IMG/VR virus record: IMGVR_UViG_3300022719_000283
Span: 366,590-398,589 of that record
Strand: one strand, 5' to 3'
DNA: 32,000 nucleotides
Source: a virus
Lineage: Duplodnaviria; Heunggongvirae; Uroviricota; Caudoviricetes
Part shown: positions 28,592-32,000 of the stretch, one piece after another
How positions within the stretch are numbered: position 1 is the stretch's first letter
Layout of the letters: each line of letters starts with the position of its first letter
The notes under the pieces: model-generated
Seen by the model: the letters and a program-made list of their open reading frames with translations, nothing else
The model's database searches: none
Told to the model about the DNA's origin: nothing
Position numbers and translations under genes: made by a program

Positions 28592-28870
28592 TCAGCCGAT
28601 CCTTTCCATCGTGACGCGCCACCGAGACGTGAGCGGGATTTGCCTGGCGATGTAGGGCTTCGTGGTGAGGATCGCAGTCATGCCGGAGTCGTCACCTACA
28701 CGGGTGCATGCGCGGCCCTTCATCGTAAGGGACGCCGCACTCACCCCCTTGGTAAACATCTCCTCGACCGAGAGCTCGAACTCGAGCTTGTCGAGCTCCT
28801 CTTCCACTGGAAGTTCCTCCGGAAGGAGTTTTTCGAGAGCATCTTCCACCGTTTGATCAGGGTCCGTCAT
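28592..28870 (-). CDS. Hypothetical protein
   Basis: The start MTDPDQTVED (ATG at 28868-28870) follows the stop of the upstream gene. The track extension overlaps that gene. Confidence 0.5.
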   Translation of the reverse strand: MTDPDQTVEDALEKLLPEELPVEEELDKLEFELSVEEMFTKGVSAASLTMKGRACTRVGDDSGMTAILTTKPYIARQIPLTSRWRVTMERIG

Positions 28871-28880
28871 GTCCCTTGTT

Positions 28881-29288
28881 CTACGCATATTTACGAACTG
28901 GCCACACGTAGGGGAGATCGGATCTCTCCTCCCACCCGTACTGGCCGTAGAAAACAGGGTTTTTACGAAGCAGATTGGACCGGTGCGAGGCATGGAACGC
29001 TTGATCCCCTAGCCAGGGCGGCATCCGCACACGACCTCCCGACCGCGTGAGCTCCATGCTGTTCACATAACCCCGAGCTACCCACTCCCGAATGATGGCG
29101 TTTCGGTACAAACGAAGGGCCCCTTCGTAGCCCCTCCACATGAGTACGGCCGGATGGCGTCTCCATCCGCCTCCGTTTTGAAGCGCCTTCAAGATCTGGT
29201 TGCACTCGACCCGTTGTTTTCCGAGACGGGCCCGGTCAAGGATCAACGCCGTTTCTTCGAAGTCTGGATATGGCAAGAACGTCTGCAC
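28881..29288 (-). CDS. Conserved hypothetical protein (MQTFLPYPDF... family, function unknown)
   Basis: 135-aa ORF with MQTFLPYPDFEETALILDRARLGKQRVECNQIL... and HPAVLMWRGYEGAL.... I recall this N-terminal pattern from bacterial and phage hypothetical proteins but cannot name the family with confidence. Confidence 0.6.
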   Translation of the reverse strand: MQTFLPYPDFEETALILDRARLGKQRVECNQILKALQNGGGWRRHPAVLMWRGYEGALRLYRNAIIREWVARGYVNSMELTRSGGRVRMPPWLGDQAFHASHRSNLLRKNPVFYGQYGWEERSDLPYVWPVRKYA

Positions 29289-29297
29289 TTGGAGCTC

Positions 29298-29513
29298 CTA
29301 GGAGTCGGCCTCTTTCTCCAGGGCTGCGCGGAGGGCCTGCTCCAACCCATAGTCACTCAGTCGTCCTGCTTCCCATTCTTTGAGCACGTCGGCCACAGCG
29401 GCTCGCAAGTGATCCCTCTTCCTGGTGAGGATGGCAACACGCCCTTCGTAGACAGCAAGCAGGCCACGCAAAGACTCTATTTCGCGTTCCTCCCATGTTC
29501 TCTCACTCGCCAT
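29298..29513 (-). CDS. Small helical hypothetical protein
   Basis: 71-aa ORF that overlaps the upstream gene by 11 nt. Confidence 0.5.
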   Translation of the reverse strand: MASERTWEEREIESLRGLLAVYEGRVAILTRKRDHLRAAVADVLKEWEAGRLSDYGLEQALRAALEKEADS

Positions 29514-30090
29514 CGTCGCTCTCCTCCAGCAACGCGGCCAGACGCGTGCAAGCCCTCAGCGCAAGCCCGACGCAGTGGGCGGGGCGCTGTCCGATGTTCC
29601 CCACCCATTCTAGAGCGGAGTAGCCTCCGGCCTCCATCGCAGCCTCCATGAGTTCCTCGCACCCGCGCCGCCCGTCGTAGTCTACGCAGCATTCGAGCGC
29701 CGCCCGCAGCGGCTGGGTGCATGAGCCCTCGGGGTTTTCCTTCTCCTCGTACGCGAGCATCTCTCGCAGGTCTGCGCGTGCGTCCTCGACCGACCATCGC
29801 GTCACTCGATCACTGCCCCCCGACCCGATCGCGGCTTTTTCCTGCGCGTACGCATCGGCCTCGCTCTTACCCGCCATCCATTGCAAGCATGCCACGGGAT
29901 CGGAAGGACCGTAGGCGAAGATCACGGGCTCAAAGTCGCCTGAGACGCGCAGCATGCCGTCGGCCGCGGTAATCCGTACCCAAAAAGTTGAGCTCCAACC
30001 GTCGGCACACTTGCGCATCATGAGCCAGGAGCGGAAGCCATCAGCACTCACCTCCGCCTTGATCTCGTGCTTCGAAAACTCACCCGTCAT
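29503..30090 (-). CDS. Hypothetical protein
   Basis: 195-aa ORF with no recognised motif. Confidence 0.6.
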   Translation of the reverse strand: MTGEFSKHEIKAEVSADGFRSWLMMRKCADGWSSTFWVRITAADGMLRVSGDFEPVIFAYGPSDPVACLQWMAGKSEADAYAQEKAAIGSGGSDRVTRWSVEDARADLREMLAYEEKENPEGSCTQPLRAALECCVDYDGRRGCEELMEAAMEAGGYSALEWVGNIGQRPAHCVGLALRACTRLAALLEESDDGE

Positions 30091-30176
30091 CGCTCGCCCC
30101 TCCCACCGTCTGCTGCCCCAACGGCCAGAAAGTCACGAGGTCGTCTTCGCTCTTGCGCCACCACGCGCGGAGCTTG

Positions 30177-30491
30177 TCACGAGGTCGCATCGATGTCAGC
30201 CTTCCCCCAAGGTTCTGGAGTTTCGTCCCACGTTCGAGCATGAAGCGTGATGGTATTGGATGCTTCAGGCCGCACGGAGATCGACTCCCTCGGAGTCGAG
30301 ATAGACCGCACCCGAAGCCCCCCTTCCATGGCGTAGACCTCCCACACCGCTCCGGTCTCATCCGTGAGCCACACCTTCTCCCGGTCAGCTTCGATCTTGG
30401 TGTTGGGAAAGTGGTTGTAGTAGTCGGTGTCGATCTTCATGTGTCGGCCTCCCTGTCTCTTATACCCGATCTGGGTTTTCGTGAAAATCAT
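30177..30491 (-). CDS. Hypothetical protein
   Basis: 104-aa ORF with an alternative start MKIDTDYY at 30440. It is divergent from the plus-strand gene at 30510. Confidence 0.5.
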   Translation of the reverse strand: MIFTKTQIGYKRQGGRHMKIDTDYYNHFPNTKIEADREKVWLTDETGAVWEVYAMEGGLRVRSISTPRESISVRPEASNTITLHARTWDETPEPWGKADIDATS

Positions 30492-30509
30492 GGGAGTAGA
30501 ACCCTTGAC

Positions 30510-31058
30510 ATGGGAGTCTCAGCAAGCGCATCCGTTTTCATCGGTTTCATCGTGGACCACTCCGACTTTTGGTCCGAAACCACCCAGACCAGCAAACAGC
30601 CCGAGTGCCCCAAAGGACACCCCGGGGTCGACGGAAAATTCTGCCAGGACTGTGGGGGCAAGATCGCCATCCAGAAACGGACCGTGAACCTCCCTACGTC
30701 TCGTTTCAAGGCGTTCGTGGACGAATACAACAAGACCGCCACGTACAAGCTCAGCTATGAAGAGGTCTGGGATCCGAATCTTCAGCATCCTGACGAACAG
30801 TGCGACACATCACCGTTCGGGGGCCTCGAGCTTGAGTGCGTGGACGCCAAGGACCACTCCGAGAACGATAACCAGAGCTTGGCCTTCGGGGAAACGATCT
30901 TGTCGGTTCACAACATCTGTGGTGGTTCCATCGATGGCATCAACGCCATCACTTTGGACGAAATCAAGGCCAAGATGATCGAAGTCGAGAAACTCCGAAA
31001 CGTCCTCGGGATCGACCGTCCGGTCCAGGTTTTCTTGACTAGCTATTGCTCCTATTGA
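30510..31058 (+). CDS. Hypothetical protein with a CxxxH...CxxC zinc-ribbon-like element
   Basis: The ATG at 30510 (MGVSASASVF...) is preferred. The upstream part of the track ORF (from 30153) is antisense to minus-strand genes. The element reads CPKGHPGVDGKFCQDCGG. Confidence 0.6.
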   Translation: MGVSASASVFIGFIVDHSDFWSETTQTSKQPECPKGHPGVDGKFCQDCGGKIAIQKRTVNLPTSRFKAFVDEYNKTATYKLSYEEVWDPNLQHPDEQCDTSPFGGLELECVDAKDHSENDNQSLAFGETILSVHNICGGSIDGINAITLDEIKAKMIEVEKLRNVLGIDRPVQVFLTSYCSY

Positions 31059-31072
31059 CCGCCCCATCTTGG

Positions 31073-31270
31073 ATGCGTCGGAAGAAAGCAGTCGAGCTTT
31101 GCCAGGAACGGGGTTTCGTCCCTGGTGATGTTCTTGTGTCCGACGCCTGGAGGAAGCCCAGGAAAATCGTGGCCATCCAACAGGATTCCGTGCTCTACCG
31201 CAGCGGTGAATTTCTCGATTCGCTACACACCATGCCCGACGATGTAAGGAAGGTCGACGATGTCGAATGA
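31073..31270 (+). CDS. Small hypothetical protein
   Basis: The ATG at 31073 (MRRKKAVELCQ...) is preferred. The TTG start in the track (31046) overlaps the preceding gene. Confidence 0.45.
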   Translation: MRRKKAVELCQERGFVPGDVLVSDAWRKPRKIVAIQQDSVLYRSGEFLDSLHTMPDDVRKVDDVE

Positions 31271-31418
31271 AGAAAACAACACTGCCAACGTGACCGTCGA
31301 ATCAGACGGCATGAAAGTCTCCATCTCCATCAGCGGACCCAACGCCGTGGAAGAGTGCGAACGCCTCCTTGACAAAGTGTTGGAGTGGCTGGATGACGAC
31401 GAAGACGACGACAGCTAG
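31260..31418 (+). CDS. Small acidic hypothetical protein (52 aa)
   Basis: ATG at 31260 to TAG at 31416-31418 translates as MSNEENNTANVTVESDGMKVSISISGPNAVEECERLLDKVLEWLDDDEDDDS. It is below the ORF-track cutoff and overlaps the upstream gene by 11 nt. Confidence 0.4.
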   Translation: MSNEENNTANVTVESDGMKVSISISGPNAVEECERLLDKVLEWLDDDEDDDS

Positions 31419-31675
31419 GTTAGAGGCCCTCCACAGACGGAGCATGCCCCTCCAAAAGCTTCGAGCTCGAGATGCACGCCGCATCGAGAGCAGGTGCCGT
31501 ATCGCTTGGGTGGCAGCGGCTCAGGCAATGAGAGCTTCATGTTTTTCATCACCTCTTCGACCGTCGGCTTAGGCTCTGGTTCCGGCTCGGGTTTCTTCCA
31601 GTAGGGAGTAGAGAACGTGTACGTAATCGTCGTTGCCGTTCCTGCTGTACTGCTGTTCGTGAAATATCTGATCAT
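31415..31675 (-). CDS. Hypothetical protein with a C-terminal CxxC...CxxC zinc ribbon
   Basis: The start MIRYFTNSST (ATG at 31673-31675) is preferred. It has a PEPEPEPKP linker and CSRCG...CSVCG. Confidence 0.5.
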   Translation of the reverse strand: MIRYFTNSSTAGTATTITYTFSTPYWKKPEPEPEPKPTVEEVMKNMKLSLPEPLPPKRYGTCSRCGVHLELEAFGGACSVCGGPLT

Positions 31676-31719
31676 GAGATCGTTTGTTGTTGTGGTGGTC
31701 CAGATGGGCCCTTCCGAGA

Positions 31720-31998
31720 TCACAAGACCGTTCCTTTGAGAGCATCGTAGAGTTTCGCGGGACACACGTTTGACCCTTCGAGTTTCACCGGGAAGTCTCG
31801 GTGGGGATTGCCGCCCCATTTGTCAGGGCGCTGAACCTCCAAAGGCTCCGTGTCCGGCAGCATGTAGTAGCTGTGGCAGAGACGGCACAGGTAGCCCTGA
31901 AATCCCTGGAGATCCCCCGTATCGTCGAAAAAGTAGGGGCGGTAGGGCGTCCCGTCCTCCAACAAGGTGGGTTCGTGGCAGAGCTTCGGGTTGTCCAT
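31720..31998 (-). CDS. Hypothetical protein
   Basis: 92-aa ORF starting 2 nt from the window edge. It contains CRLCH and other Cys/His residues. Confidence 0.5.
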   Translation of the reverse strand: MDNPKLCHEPTLLEDGTPYRPYFFDDTGDLQGFQGYLCRLCHSYYMLPDTEPLEVQRPDKWGGNPHRDFPVKLEGSNVCPAKLYDALKGTVL

Positions 31999-32000
31999 CT

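Noticed and set aside
1-32000. CRISPR arrays, rRNA genes, integrase, transposase or IS elements, and recognisable phage structural genes.
   Set aside because: No repeat-spacer periodicity, rRNA-like sequence or recombinase, capsid or terminase motifs were recognised by eye. The viral assignment therefore rests on gene-content style only.

Overview
This is a gene-dense, moderately GC-rich segment coded almost entirely on the minus strand. It looks like part of a large bacteriophage or similar virus-like mobile genome, not a cellular chromosome. The evidence is many short ORFs coupled by ATGA/TGATG overlaps with no recognisable function, and no rRNA, CRISPR array, integrase or transposase.

Interspersed is an unusually rich translation and RNA-maintenance gene set:
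- a class II CCA-adding enzyme with a long N-terminal extension
- a divergent EF-Tu sitting behind tRNA-Tyr
- a PTH2-type peptidyl-tRNA hydrolase
- an AlkB dioxygenase
- HAD, histidine-phosphatase and metallophosphoesterase enzymes
- a UvrD-family helicase

I hand-folded 10 canonical minus-strand tRNA genes arranged in isoacceptor blocks: Leu CAA/UAA, Tyr GUA, Leu CAG/AAG, Pro GGG/CGG/UGG and Arg CCG/ACG.

The most interesting signal is RNA-level. Three tRNA-like modules (about 9143-9295, 17361-17451 and 17155-17279) have a circularly permuted order: the T arm and 3' acceptor strand lie upstream of the 5' acceptor strand and D arm. Their acceptor strands are fully or almost fully complementary (7/7 Watson-Crick in two modules, 6 plus one G.U in the third), and the distal end is open. 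This fits Y-RNA-like (YrlA-type) tRNA mimics or genuinely permuted/split tRNA genes. Three further tRNA-like genes (7238-7308, 20111-20189, 21450-21524) have canonical acceptor and D arms. Two of them have anticodon loops of abnormal length (5 or 9 nt) and the third has defective stems.

All RNA folds were done by eye and need tRNAscan-SE, ARAGORN or Infernal confirmation. Protein calls rest on motifs visible in the translations.
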